From: Podarcis melisellensis
Lineage: Eukaryota
Direction: 5' to 3' (one strand)
DNA: 64,000 bases
Assembly: GCA_964234715.1 (NCBI GenBank)
Contig: OZ174281.1
Position 1 is the stretch's first letter, and the number at the start of each line of letters is the position of its first letter. Shown piece after piece: positions 12,719-25,267 of this stretch. The notes below the pieces were generated by a model that had not been told where the DNA came from, searched no databases, and saw only the letters and a list, made by a program, of their open reading frames with translations. A program made the position numbers and the translations under genes.

Positions 12719-14989
12719 TTGAAGACTGCCTGCTCTTCTACAGCTGTTAGATCTGAAATGGACAGATTAATAACTAACCATCACATTGGACTAGGTTTTT
12801 TTGTACATTGCACCAGTAACCCTTTGCTATAATGAGGACACAAAGAGCTTCGCATNNNNNNNNNNNNNNNNNNNNNNNNNNNNNNNNNNNNNNNNNNNNN
12901 NNNNNNNNNNNNNNNNNNNNNNNNNNNNNNNNNNNNNNNNNNNNNNNNNNNNNNNNNNNNNNNNNNNNNNNNNNNNNNNNNNNNNNNNNNNNNNNNNNNN
13001 NNNNNNNNNNNNNNNNNNNNNNNNNNNNNNNNNNNNNNNNNNNNNNNNNNNNNNNNNNNNNNNNNNNNNNNNNNNNNNNNNNNNNNNNNNNNNNNNNNNN
13101 NNNNNNNNNNNNNNNNNNNNNNNNNNNNNNNNNNNNNNNNNNNNNNNTAGCTCAGACTGAAGAAAAGCAAACAAACAAACAAATAACATTTCTGAATACT
13201 GCCGCAAACTTTTCCCTCAGCAGCTGCAATTATCTGTATTTGCACAGCATGGCAATTATACTCAGCAATTGGCTTCTCCTCCCCCACAAAAAAATTAACA
13301 TTATAATGTTATTGAAATATGATTTAATTTTAAAAGGTATTAAAAGACTTCAGTGCAACAGTTCAATAAAAAATGTACAGGGTAAAATGTGCAGAATACT
13401 ACAAGTGAATATATTTGGTGGAGAATATATATGTGTATCTAAAAAACAACTACGACAACATTACAGGTTTGGCCTTTCTTGACACATTTTCCTTGTCTGT
13501 GTTTGCTATATGTAGAAAAACTCAAGTTGCTGCTGTCTGCAAACATCCAACTTTTTCCACAGCAAGCAAATTTGAGTGGAAAGGTTAAATTAAAAGTTTT
13601 TTTTTTGGGGGGGGAGGCGCAATATGCAGTGCTATCCTAGGTGTAGCTCCTCAGAAGTAATTCCCATTTAGTTCAATGTGACTTACTTCCAAGCATGTGG
13701 AGGTTTGCAGCCTCCATGAGTTATTTTCTTAAAAAGCCAATTCTCTATATAGAATATACAAGACATTTCCTAGACGTTTTATAATTGGTATTATACTATT
13801 ATTGGTATTCAATCTGAATGAATATTTGGACTCATTTAAGTATTAACTCTGTAAAGAGTTTTTAAAGTATCTTTTTATAAAACAGTCAAAGCCAGGATCC
13901 AAAGTTCTGTGCATGCAACAGGGCTTTTCTTGACACCAGTTGCAGGACAGCCCCTGGTGTCCTGCCTGTCATACTAATCCAGGCTATAAGACTGTGCAAT
14001 GGGCTACAGCTGGAAAGGAAAACCAGCAGTCCTCCCCTAGCAAGCTGAAGCACTTTTCAATCATCCACTTCTAGGAAATCTGGATCTTGGCCCAAGTGTC
14101 TTCATTGTTAATCCCTTGCAATGAACTGACAGTATTTCCTGTCCATATATGTTTGTTATCTTATCATTAATATACCCTCATTCTGACCACTACCCATAAG
14201 AAGTACTACTACTTATGCTGCCGCCAAAGACTTCTGCATTATTTAAATTCATCACTTACTCGGAATCAACATAATTTATACTATGGTGAGGCAACAATAA
14301 ATCTTTTAAGTTAAAGCAGGGATATGTGGATTTAATAAAAAGTGTGTGTGAGAGAGAGAATAATCCAATTAGCAGGCACAATAGGATACACACATCAGGA
14401 CTAAGAATTACCTGTAAACACCAAGCCTTTCCACAACATCAAAGTGCCACCCTACCACGCCTAGCTTGATTCAATGAAGAATGGCCTGGCGAAGAGAACA
14501 AGAGAACAGCAGCAACAATGCAGCAGCAACAGCAAGAATGTTATGTGCAAAAATCTTTGGGTAAATTAGTAAGCTCGGAAACTATTGTTTCACATCTAAA
14601 GAGAATAAGATGCAGTTGTTAACAAGCACACAATCCAGGTTATGCAACCCATAGTTAAGCATTTATATCCCATTGATTCCAATGTTTAACTATCTGATTC
14701 CCAGTTTACACTTTGGGGCATGTGCATTTGCTGTAAAATAGCAAAGTGTGAAGTGGAGATACTTGGATGTAAGCATGCTGAGGTGGACATGCACCGGGGA
14801 GCCTCAGCAAATGAGGACTTAACAGTCCACTGTGAGTCTACAATCATGTATATGTGTTTCACTCATGAAGGTATTCGCTAAGGTCAACACTGGTGTGCAT
14901 ACCTATTGATATTACTCAATCCTCTCTAGGTCTACATAGAAATAAGTTTCGATCAATTCAAAGGTGTGGGCAACAACCTGACTACAACC

Positions 14990-15049
14990 TGTTCCTAACA
15001 AGTATGTTCAGGTTGTAAGACTACAACCTGAACATACTTGTTAGGAACA
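14990..15049. repeat. Perfect 28-bp inverted repeat with 4-nt loop
   Basis: TGTTCCTAACAAGTATGTTCAGGTTGTA-agac-TACAACCTGAACATACTTGTTAGGAACA; arms are exact reverse complements. Confidence 0.95.
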
Positions 15050-15078
15050 TTCTTTAATTTAAATTTCAACACTAGGCC

Positions 15079-15081
<3 letters not shown>

Positions 15082-15132
<51 letters not shown>

Positions 15133-15139
15133 TATATAT
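15082..15139. repeat. (ACAT)n(AT)n microsatellite, left flank of Penelope-like insertion
   Basis: Direct reading. Confidence 0.93.
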
Positions 15140-15190
15140 GGTTTTGGTGTCCTCGGGTGTCTTCCCGTGTAAAAGTTGGGGTGTCTAGGC

Positions 15191-15224
15191 GACGTTTCGA
15201 CGAGGTCTCACTCGTCATCTTCAG
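15191..15224 (-). ncRNA. Minimal type-I hammerhead ribozyme motif (minus-strand copy in the inverted pLTR)
   Basis: Exact reverse complement of 15491-15524. Confidence 0.6.
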
Positions 15225-15490
15225 GCTGGTGCTTTCGGCTTCTTGTTAAGAAGCAACTAATCCACACCTAATGACCCACCTAAGTGGTACTCAGGATATC
15301 ACTCAAGAAATCACTCAAGATATCCCTCAAGTAATTAAGGAACAAAAGAAGAAAAGACACACTAGCCTGGGAACTTCCTCTCTGCCCAGAACATTGGAGG
15401 CTATACACCACACCCCCTCAACAGTATTTATAGGAACTCAAACACTGAGATCCTGCTCTGTTCCAGTAACAAGAAGCCGAAAGCACCAGC

Positions 15491-15524
15491 CTGAAGATGA
15501 CGAGTGAGACCTCGTCGAAACGTC
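15491..15524 (+). ncRNA. Minimal type-I hammerhead ribozyme motif
   Basis: CUGAAGA-U-[GACGAG ugagac CUCGUC]-GAAA-CG-UC: conserved core boxes, perfect 6-bp stem II, palindromic ACGU stem III (dimer-type), GUC cleavage triplet. Stem I is weak and there is one extra U after A9. Confidence 0.65.
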
Positions 15525-15606
15525 GCCTAGACACCCCAACTTTTACACGGGAAGACACCCGAGGACACCAAAACCTGCATTCCTGTACCCGTGAAAATCT
15601 ACGAAA

Positions 15607-15608
<2 letters not shown>

Positions 15609-15648
<40 letters not shown>
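15609..15648. repeat. (AT)n microsatellite, right flank of Penelope-like insertion
   Basis: Direct reading. Confidence 0.95.
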
Positions 15649-15654
<6 letters not shown>

Positions 15655-15723
15655 TACTGAAACTGCCTCTTCAGCTTTGACTCATTTGATGTTAATTGTT
15701 ACGAACTGAAACAGAACAGAATG

Positions 15724-15781
15724 GGGGTTGGTCAAGATGATCCTTGGTGATCCCTACCAACACTACCATTTTATGATCATG
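15724..15781 (+). mobile_element. Very short degraded CR1 3' terminus
   Basis: ggggttggtcaagatgatccttggtgatccctaccaacactaccattttatgatc resembles the terminus at 55278-55332. Confidence 0.5.
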
Positions 15782-17843
15782 TAGAATTACTTACTTTAAA
15801 AAGTATGAAATTGAATGTTGTAACCATGCTTCTAGGTAAATGTGGTTCTTCACTATGGGAATCAATCAGAGGCGTGCGCACACAACTGGGAAGGAACACA
15901 CTCCACCTGGCTGAAATCTTAAACGTAATTACTTTGAAGTAAGGCCCAATGAAATCAGTGGGACTTGTTTTTGTTTAGATATTTTACACTACCTTTCAGG
16001 GCATAAACACCCCTCTCAATACGACTTGCACAGTCGTATTTTGATGTTTTGTTATAGTTCTTCAAAGAGACAGAATTGTGAAACTCAAGTGCTCAGGGTC
16101 AAAAATTTGGGGGAAAACAGGCTTTGGTCACTTCACATCTCTATGTGCTGAAGCATATTATAACGATGGCTCCTTATATCTAAAACTGAATTTTGTTCTT
16201 CACAGTTGTGCTGTACAGAGAAACAAATAGCTGTCTCCACTTTCGTTCACCACCAAAGGGAAGCCAAATACTTCATCCTAATGAGAATGTTTCCATAGGG
16301 TGATCAGCTGCTGGATCCAAAATATACTTTGGGTTTCACCTACCAAGCCAATTTTCCAACATCCCAGTCCAAAACCCAGTTTAACTGGAATACCTGGATT
16401 TAAGCCACTTAAGGTCCCACTGCAATTGGTGGTGCCGAGCTGGCCGAAACCCTACTACTTGGGTGTGCTTTTAGCTATAGGGCAGCAGGAATTTAAAAAA
16501 CCATGCTTATGAACCTAAAAGGGGAATCTGTTCAACAATAAACATTAGAGTGTCCTTAAACGAGAACACTGATTGCCAGAATGCCTGAAAAAGCAAATAG
16601 CTGAAAGTGGAGAATTGCTACATATTTTAAAGTGCCAGTTTATTCCACATGTGTATTGTCTTTGGAAACAGCAAACACTCTTTTGCATCTTCATCTTAAA
16701 GAGATTAACCCCTTCTCACAAAACAACAACTAAACAGGCAATCTGAAGCCAACTAAGAAACATGGCTTGTCTGCTTAACAGTAGGTCCCATTCAGCAGAG
16801 ATTCAGTGGGGCTTACTTAATGGTAAGTAGTCATAAGATTGCAGTTGAAGTTGCACAAAAAATAACGGAAGAGAATAAATGGACAACTGAAGCATAGTGT
16901 AAAAAAATTAATAATAGTCAAAATGATTTTAATGCTTTAAAACAATATAAATTCTTACAAAGGTTGAAATATAAATTATTACAAAGGCTTCACCTTATTG
17001 CATAGTTCAGCACAGTCCTCTGGTGCCATTATAAGCAAGCGATCTAGTCACCACCATTTCCTTGTAAGGTGAGGGGCTTCGTTAACGCTGTTCTTAAGAT
17101 TGCCTTACTATTAGTAGAATGTAGCGTTATACCAAAGTTAACCCAATTAACGGGTTAATATAGCCAAAAGAATAGTTAGAAACTGGTATTACAACATGAT
17201 TTCAAAATATAACTATAAAACCTTATATAAAATTAAAACAAACTTTCATTTAAAAACAAAAGCTGGCACTTTCGTAACTAGTAAAATATATCTTTTGAGT
17301 TACATAAATCTGCATTTTATTATTTTATTTGCAACCAACACAACTGAAAAAAGATAATTTCTCATTTTTAAATTATATCAAGTGCAACCCGCTAAGATGC
17401 TGCCCTATGCTACTGAAAAGCACTCTTGCTTGACTCCCATTGCTAAAGCAGAATGTCCAGGTGAATTGCACCCATCCTTTTTTATAGGAAGAATCGATAA
17501 TATTATTGATTTCACTTAAAATATTAATATGCCTTTATTTACTCAATTCGAGAGGAAAGCTGTAGGTGAAGATTTCATAGTTGGCCAGATTCAAATCCAA
17601 TGCAAGTTTAATCCTTAGTTCACTCAAAACTCCCAGACAAAAACACAGAACTGTTTAATGCAATGCCAACGACACATGGCATTTTTAAAGAACACAAAGC
17701 CACTTAAATTCAACAAATATTTTTTAACGAAAGCCTACATGCTATTTTTTAATATGTTACCCATTGGCAACTTTAAAGAAATAGTTATTGTGAAGCATAA
17801 AGTGCCCATTTTCCCTCTTTTGATTTATATCATTGTTCTGTTT

Positions 17844-18768
17844 TTACAGCTTACTGTTGACAGAGTGAGGTAATTCAACTACAATTTTTCCAATGTTTTT
17901 CCCCATGTACATATAATCTATAGCGTGGAATACAGACTCTAAGCCAGTGAATTTGCCCTCTGGAGACATGTCTCCAAGGTCCACCTCACAAACCAGTTCT
18001 CTGTTTTCACACATTTCGATCAAGTGTTTCATAGCCGTTTGGTATTCAGAAAGGTAATGGTTTAAGAAGAAACCCCGGATGCTGGCAGATTTCCTTAGCA
18101 GCTTTGCTGGCAACATTTCCACATGACCAGGCTGAAGGCCAGTACGGGATTGGTAGCCAGAAATAAACCCAATAATGATCAGGCGCCCTTTGGTAGCCAA
18201 GGAGCTGACAGCCAAGTCAAACATCTGCCCGCCAACAGATTCATACACCACATCCACACCTTTTGGGTAGTCCTTCTTAAGGACAGCAGCAAGGTTTTCA
18301 GTTTTGTAGTTGATAGGGTGGTCACAGCCTATGGATTTCAGAAAGCCAGATTTTTCATCACTGGAGCATGTTCCTATTACGTGGCATTTTGCCTTCTTGG
18401 AAAGTTGCACAGCAAACTGACCGGTTCCTCCTGCTGCGGCTGTCACCAGGACCGTCTTCCCGTCAGACAGTTCTCCAAGCTCCTTCAGGCTGATATATGC
18501 TGTAGTTCCACTTACCAGTAGTGTAAGAAATTCGGGTTTCACAGAGGGTACCGGGATGGCTTCTTTGGCAGGAACAATGGTATATTCAGCAAAAGCACCA
18601 GGCCTCATGTAGGCCACTGGTTGGCCCACTGTGTATCTAGCGCTGGCACTTAGGCCCAAGGCTACCACTTCACCAATTCCTTCAAAACCTACGTCAAATG
18701 GGGGCTTAACTGACGTGTCATATCGGCCAGCTGAGTAGTTAATATCGGATGCATTAATGCCGACAAAT
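17844..18768 (-). CDS. PTGR3: PTGR3 (ZADH2) prostaglandin reductase 3, coding exon 2 (terminal)
   Basis: Translation [16 protein letters not shown]...[17 protein letters not shown]...[15 protein letters not shown] matches PTGR3/ZADH2 (MDR superfamily, AxxGxxG NADPH motif, C-terminal SKL). Acceptor gtttgcttctag|A at 18769/18768; TAA at 17846-17844. Confidence 0.97.
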
Positions 18769-20079
18769 CTAGAAGCAAACAAAAATGTATTAGGCTCTCT
18801 TTTTTGACAAGGCATTTTTTTCATCGTAAGAAAAACCTTTCGCTTAAATGCACAAGGTAAGAAATTTCAATGCTGCATATTCAAATATCTCAAGAGTTGG
18901 GGGTGGGGTGGGGGAACGCCTTCTATGCAAAATGAAAATGGAAAGGTTGTTTTAATCTGGTTTTAGCTTTACCGATAACACAATTTGACATATTTTGTAC
19001 ATGCAAAGCATTTTCCCCTTGCCTGTTTCATGAAAATAAGAACAATAGAAATTAGTTTTGATAAGCTAGGGAATAAAACTACTTTTTTCTATTAAAAAAA
19101 TACAGCAGACTAAAATATGAGCAAAGTAGTAAATATGTTGACTCTGGCAATAAATTTACATTTCAGATTATAACAACACATTTAAGTGACTAATGATAAC
19201 ATGAAGTATCAATGTCCTCTCCAAGGTCGATGGTCATAAGTGTTACTGCAGGCAAATTTAAAGAAAATGGATGGAGTGTCTGTAACAAATTTGCCTTTTG
19301 ATGCAACTAATTTGCACATTATTAAAATATTTTCCTGTATACAAATTACTCACAACACCTTAAAACAACCTTGAAGGACTAAAATTATGCAACAATACTT
19401 TTGAGCACTATTGACCTCTAACGAGTAAAAATGAACATAGGTATTAAAAAGGCACAAGTAATTTAATGATGGGTGGTGAAGTGGCTTATGATGCTGAAAT
19501 ACAAGTTATCTGTACGCACACAGAGTTTGCAGCCAATTTTCCCACAGAAACCTGAAAACAAAAATATGATTCTGTCATAAACAGCAATGTGACTGTTTCT
19601 CTTCTATAACCAAAAATAAACAAATTATGGCATTTAATTATGTGGAAGTGTGAAAATATGTGAAAAATTGATTTTAATGCAACTAGAGAGCTGTTTGTGG
19701 ATTTATGGTAATTTGAAATAGCTGGGAGGAAGTGCATTGGCCATTTCTAACTCTAAGAAAAATCTCTTTCATTTATTAAAATGTACAGAGTTCAATACAG
19801 ATAGCTAGATACAGAAATAGATGCATATTCACTGTGTCTTCTGTATGTCTCCCTAATTCTTCATTTAATCCAGTCTGCATCTGTAGCAAGGAACACATTT
19901 TTTTTACCTCATTTTTAGAAAACAAAGGCATCCCCTTCCAGTTAAAATTTACATAACTCCTATTTCCCATTCTGAAAGGGGAGCGTAAGAGAGGAGGGCA
20001 GATTTCAAGGTAAAGGGGCTGAAGTTGCCTTGAGGACGTGAGAAAGGAAAGATCAGAGAGCCAAGGCACAAGGTCGGAA

Positions 20080-22400
20080 GGGCTCCGACACAACACGACA
20101 ACTCCCTGCTTTTTGCATTACACCCCACGCAACTACTTCTCGCAGAGAGGCTGCTAAGCCAGAGTCCGCTGGGCGCGCAATCGGCCTCATTCATTCATCC
20201 CCGCACAGTGTCTCTTGGGCGGCAGGGAGAAATTGCCTCTCCCCGCCCCCCAGCGCCCGAAGTCACACAGGCAGCATGCGAGGGGGGGCTTGTCTGCAGC
20301 CTTCCTTCGGCAATCCTAATTGTTGCGCCCCTTCCCTTCCCTGTCCCGGGCGCTGCAATGCTTGCGCTTGCTCCAACAGCCCGCGCAAGCGGTGCAGGAA
20401 AAGTGACTCCAGAGCAAAGTCGGGGCTTTGTGGTCCGATTTAGGCTGCACTTTACTTGCAACAACCCAGACTCGATGCAAAGCAAACGGGACTTGCCAGT
20501 TTCACACACCCATGCAAAATGCAGGACAGGGCTGAGCCAGCAGAAATGCACAACTTCGGCTTAGCGAAGCAGCGTGCCTGGAGACAGGAGCTTTCCCCTC
20601 GCTGCAAAAAGTCGTATTACCCCTAAACTAAAACATCGCTGGCAAGGGCGGGCAGATGAAGACATGCGGCTATAAGGAACAGGGTGGCTTAAAAAAACAA
20701 CAACCTGCAAGTAGCCGAAGGGGCTGGAAAACTCAGTCACACCTTGTTAACAATAACAGGTGAAAACGCCCCCCCCCCCGGTTCACCTCTGTGATCTTTC
20801 CCGCCTCGAATGCATTGCAACTGAGCACCTGCTTGCAAATGGGTGCGTGTGCAAGAAGGGAGAGGCTCAGCTCCACGTTGCCTATCTATGGGGCACCCCA
20901 GCGAGAAGGGAGCATGCCAGCCTTGGCCCCCAGCAGAGCGGGAGCGCGGAGCCCGGCTGGGTCCTCCTGGGGTCGGCGGGAGGTCTCCTCCCTCCCAGGC
21001 CCCTCCGCCTCCCGCTTTGCCCTCTCTGCCAGCACATGGCCACTTGCAGTTCGCCCTCCCCTCGCCTCCTCCTGGCGCTGCTCGCGTCTCTTCCGTGGCT
21101 CAGCTGGGAAGCGCAGGCAGAAAGTCTCTGGGCAGGCTGTGCAAAGGCAAGGGGGGCGAAAACAACGTACTTTTTAAAAAATCATTTCTTCCAAAACAGA
21201 GTTGCGCCCCTCTCCGCAAGAGGCATCTGAAACCTCTCTCCCACCATTCCTCCATCGAACTCGAAGATAGGGGCTGCGTTTACAAAACAAGCCCTATCTT
21301 TTCCCTGCCTCTGCTCGAAAAAGGCGCCTGCCCTGTCCAGATCTTTCTTTCCGAAGTAGTGGAAACATTGTTCATTTTCGTTATTAATCAATACCACCTC
21401 CAAGTTCAGCTACCCCCCTCCTGTATTAAAATACAACTCTGGATCCCAGCCCCCGGGGGGGGGACTACGTTCCTATTTCAGCAGTGGTGTGATAATAAGG
21501 GGAATTATTGTGATTTTGCTCTACGTTGTAATTTTTTAAGTAGATCTGATGAGGTATTCTCGAAGAGAAATCAGTGGCCTCCCTGCCATTCCCACGACAA
21601 AGTTGCACTAAGGAAGGGGGGAGCGGTGCAGGGTTATTTGGCGATTTGTACAGACCCGATCCTCTACCTGCTTACTCGCGGGAAATACAGGCACTGGCAG
21701 TAAATCCCATTAGACTCAGTGGAGATTCTGGGAAGAGATGGGGAGGATTGTGCTGTCAAGTCTCCCTTGGGCTTACTAGGAAGGTCTGCAGCCTGCGTGT
21801 CGGTGGCTTCCAAGGGAAGATGCAAGTTCAAGATCAGCTTGCAAACTTGCGTGGAGGAGGAGAGTTGGCAACCCGCAGTCATTGTTCTCTCGGTTAAGTA
21901 CGTGACCTTCATGGGGGGGGGGGCTTCGCTACCCTCCTCCCAATTTTGTGCTTTGCATTTCCCTAGGAAGCGACCCAAGCCTCTCGCAAATATGCAAAAT
22001 GAGAGCAGCGATACAATTCCTAATACTAATACGGATCCGAGCCGTCCCCACCCCAGCCCCCCCACTCCACAATAATAATTGCAGGCTGACTCGCCCCGGC
22101 TTTATTTATACTAACACATTCGATTTGAAGGGAGAAAAAGGGGAGGGGGCGAAGCGTCTTCAAAGTGGGGTTAGAAAGCGGCTTCGTTTACTCAAAAACA
22201 ACTTGCAGAAGTCAGGAGACCGAGGGGGGTAGGGCGAGGACCTTGAGCAGGCAGACACAACAAAGTCACCCAACCCTGGAGCACGCCAGGAAAAGGGGGG
22301 AAAGCTCCCAGACCAAACAAGCGCAATCGCTGAGAACACTTCGCCCCACATTCCTATTTTTTCCCCCATCTCCAAACTCCCTCCCCGAACCCATGTCTTG
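20080..22400. promoter_or_regulatory. Intronic CpG-rich island inside PTGR3
   Basis: Dense CpG/GC (gggcgcgc, ccgcgc, gagcgcgg) against a CpG-depleted background; no recognisable repeat or exon. Boundaries approximate. Confidence 0.65.
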
Positions 22401-25080
22401 CTTCCCACTTTTGCTACTCAATTTTCTGTATGATATCCCCTCTCAACAAAAAACAGAGCCCCCACTATGAGACCTGCCACTTTTTATTTTAAAGAAACAC
22501 ACACAAACACGCACTTAACACCCTCTCTTCCTGGGTCACGTATTGGCTAAGAAACCCAGAAAATACCTTTCGGGGTGGGATGGAGCTCAGACAAAGGTAC
22601 GGAGATATATGAATGGCTTAAAAACATCCCCCCCTTAAATTTATTTATTTGTTTATTACTCCTGGTCCTCAATCCTCTTTTACCGCCCAATCACAGCTCC
22701 CACAAAATGATCAGAAGTTTAATGTTTCAAATCGATTCCCAGTTTGCGGGCATTTCTCTCGGAATAAGAGGCTGGAGTGGAATTTTTATTTTATTTTTGG
22801 TGTTCAGGAAATTATCAGAATAAAGGCGAGGGAGCTGTTTTCCAGAGAGAGGGGGGAAGGACACTTAAACAAAATCTTGTCCTAAAAAAAGAAGGAAAGA
22901 AGTTAAACGAACTTAAATTTCACCAAGGCAACATGTGCGTGTGTCTGTTTTACTTGGGAGAATGGGGTACTATTTTGCATTATGCCATTTTCTCTTTTCA
23001 TAGGAGTTATGGGGCTAATATGTTTATTCTCCAGCCACCGCAGCAGCTGATTTTCTTTTCTGTTTCAGTTTGAGATAAAGTGCACAGTATTTTCAAAGCT
23101 AGACTACGCTCCCCCCCACCCCAGAATGTGTACAAGGGCGTGGAAAGAGAGAGTCCCGTGTAAGCTTTCAAGGTAGGCACAGGCGTTAGGTGGAAAGGTT
23201 TATTCTTAACACGCTTTATTCCGCACTAATTTTGCACTCTCCTGCCTTGGGTGAGAAGCTCCAGCAACAAAACTGAACATCTCACGCAAATCCACATGAC
23301 ACCAAAGTTGCGAACTCCAATCCTGTGATTTCTCACACGCACCTTTTGCAAACTAAAAAAAGAGAAAGTGTTTTTTTAAAAAAAAAAACGAGTTACGATC
23401 CTTGGACTCTCTTTGCCTGAGTCCCCGGGTGAATGCTGCTCTAGCCCCCCTTGCCTCCACTTCGGAGAACGCACGAGCACATCTTTCCAGTCCCCAGAGA
23501 GCCCACCCAGTATCAAGGGCAGGAGGGGAAAGAGTTACATTGAAAACAAAATAAATTGCATGCATAAATTTTCAAATTTCATGGGGGAGGGAGAAAGTGT
23601 TGCGGGGGAGGAGATTCGAGAACAAGGACGTAGCAATCTTCCGATAGGCAGCAGGGAGGCCAGGATATATTTTATCTTCACGCAGCATTTTAAACCAGCC
23701 GATCCCCCCCCCTCCTATATCCCCCAACCAAAGGAATTTAACTGCAGCATGAGTGAGATTTTTATTAAGGCTTCACATATTTTTGCTCTCCAAAATACTA
23801 TGTCCTGATGACAGCAGCAATTCAAACCTTTGACACCAGGGAGGGCATCTCTCCCTGTATTGTGGGTGTTGTACATTACATAAAACACGAACATTTTGCT
23901 AGGGTTCAGATACAGGTATGATATATGCTGTCTTTCATACTGAAGACTGTGCGTACTGTATGTGTGTGTAATCCACAAATCATATAATTCTGTGTATTTG
24001 TGCTTAATCTATTTTAGCCCTATTGGTTCCAATAGGGCTACATTTACGGAAATGCAATTTATGCTAGATTAGCAACCAAGTAATCACTTCTAAATATTAA
24101 AAAATGGATTGTTAGGGACGAATCTAAGGTCTACCTGAACCTCCTCCAACACATAGTCACCAAACTCACAATCACACCTTTAGAATTCCACATTCTCCCA
24201 TGGATTTTTAAGCTTTCCACTTTTAAAGTCTCCACTTTGATTTTAAGATATCCTATCATCTAGAAAGGCGACAGCAGCAGTAGGAGTATTTTTATAATAA
24301 AAAATATTGCTAAGATTGTTGAAGTAGAGGTTTTGTTCTACAAATTTTCAGGTATATAGAGAGGAAAGCTCAAGGAAGAAAATGAGAACTCAAGTCCTAG
24401 TTAGCTACTTGCTAGCCCACAATTTACAGCATATTGCTTTAAGCAAAATGTGACGTCTTTACTTCATCCATGACCTGGATGCATTGCAAAAGTAGCTCAA
24501 ACCAGGCAAAGGAATCGTCTGAAAATAGTTCTACACCTTGTCGAAGGCTACAATCCTAATCAGACTTACTTGGAAGTAAAGGTCACTGAAATGAATGGGG
24601 TTTACTTCCAAGTAAACATGGTGAGGCCAGGGAGGGGAGCTGCTTATCCCCATTTTCCCCCTCCGGTCTGTGCCTTCTGCTTTGCTTTAGTCGTAGAAGG
24701 AGGAAGAGGGCCAGGGAGTTAAGACACTCAAGAGAGACGGGGAGAGGTGGGTGGCAGTCATTTGTGGCCCTCTGCTTTCCTGTTGATTTCTGGCTTGCTT
24801 AAGGTTAGTGACGTGGAGGACCGAGGTGGGGGAGGGGTGGAGAAACAGGCAGAGTTGCACACATAACTTGCTCTAAACAACGTCTGGAGTGTGTTACATG
24901 CGCGCGCACAACCCCCCCTCCTCCCCGAGATGACTATAAATAACCTATATACAACGTCCCAATTGCTGTGTATTAATCACACACGGAGATCTACGCAGCT
25001 CAGTCAGTTTTACTGTATAAAACATAGCCCTCGAGGATCCACAGAGAACAAGTCAGGGGCGCTCGCTCATGAGAACACAC

Positions 25081-25084
<4 letters not shown>

Positions 25085-25139
<55 letters not shown>
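25085..25139. repeat. (AC)n microsatellite
   Basis: Direct reading. Confidence 0.96.
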
Positions 25140-25143
<4 letters not shown>

Positions 25144-25267
25144 GACAGTTTTAGGAACATGGAACAAACATTTGCAGGCAGAAATCTGGGCGGGACTTGG
25201 AAATCATTTCCTGGTTGCTGAACTCCCTTCCTGAACTCTCCCGTCGCATACAACTTTCAGATCAGCA

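Larger units (their letters stand above)
15140..15608 (+). mobile_element. Truncated Penelope-like retroelement (inverted pLTR + direct pLTR + 33-nt tail)
   Basis: 15140-15248 is the exact reverse complement of 15467-15575 (109 bp). Unpaired 33-nt 3' tail at 15576-15608, hammerhead-like core in the repeat, insertion within (TA)n. This architecture is characteristic of PLE insertions. Confidence 0.85.

Noticed and set aside
15271-15507. 78-aa ORF inside the Penelope-like element
   Set aside because: No RT or GIY-YIG motifs visible; too short to call coding.
15140-15575. DNA transposon/MITE reading of the 109-bp inverted repeat
   Set aside because: The asymmetric 33-nt tail beyond the right arm and the hammerhead core fit a Penelope-like retroelement better than terminal inverted repeats.
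18123-18521. 132-aa + strand ORF
   Set aside because: Antisense shadow of the PTGR3 coding exon.
18769-18824. N-terminal [18 protein letters not shown] of the 326-aa ORF
   Set aside because: Intronic read-through upstream of the splice acceptor at 18769; the real N-terminus comes from exon 1.
20195-22470. Cluster of overlapping ORFs up to 286 aa
   Set aside because: Stop-poor GC-rich island; no recognisable domains, many non-ATG starts, ORFs in several frames on both strands.
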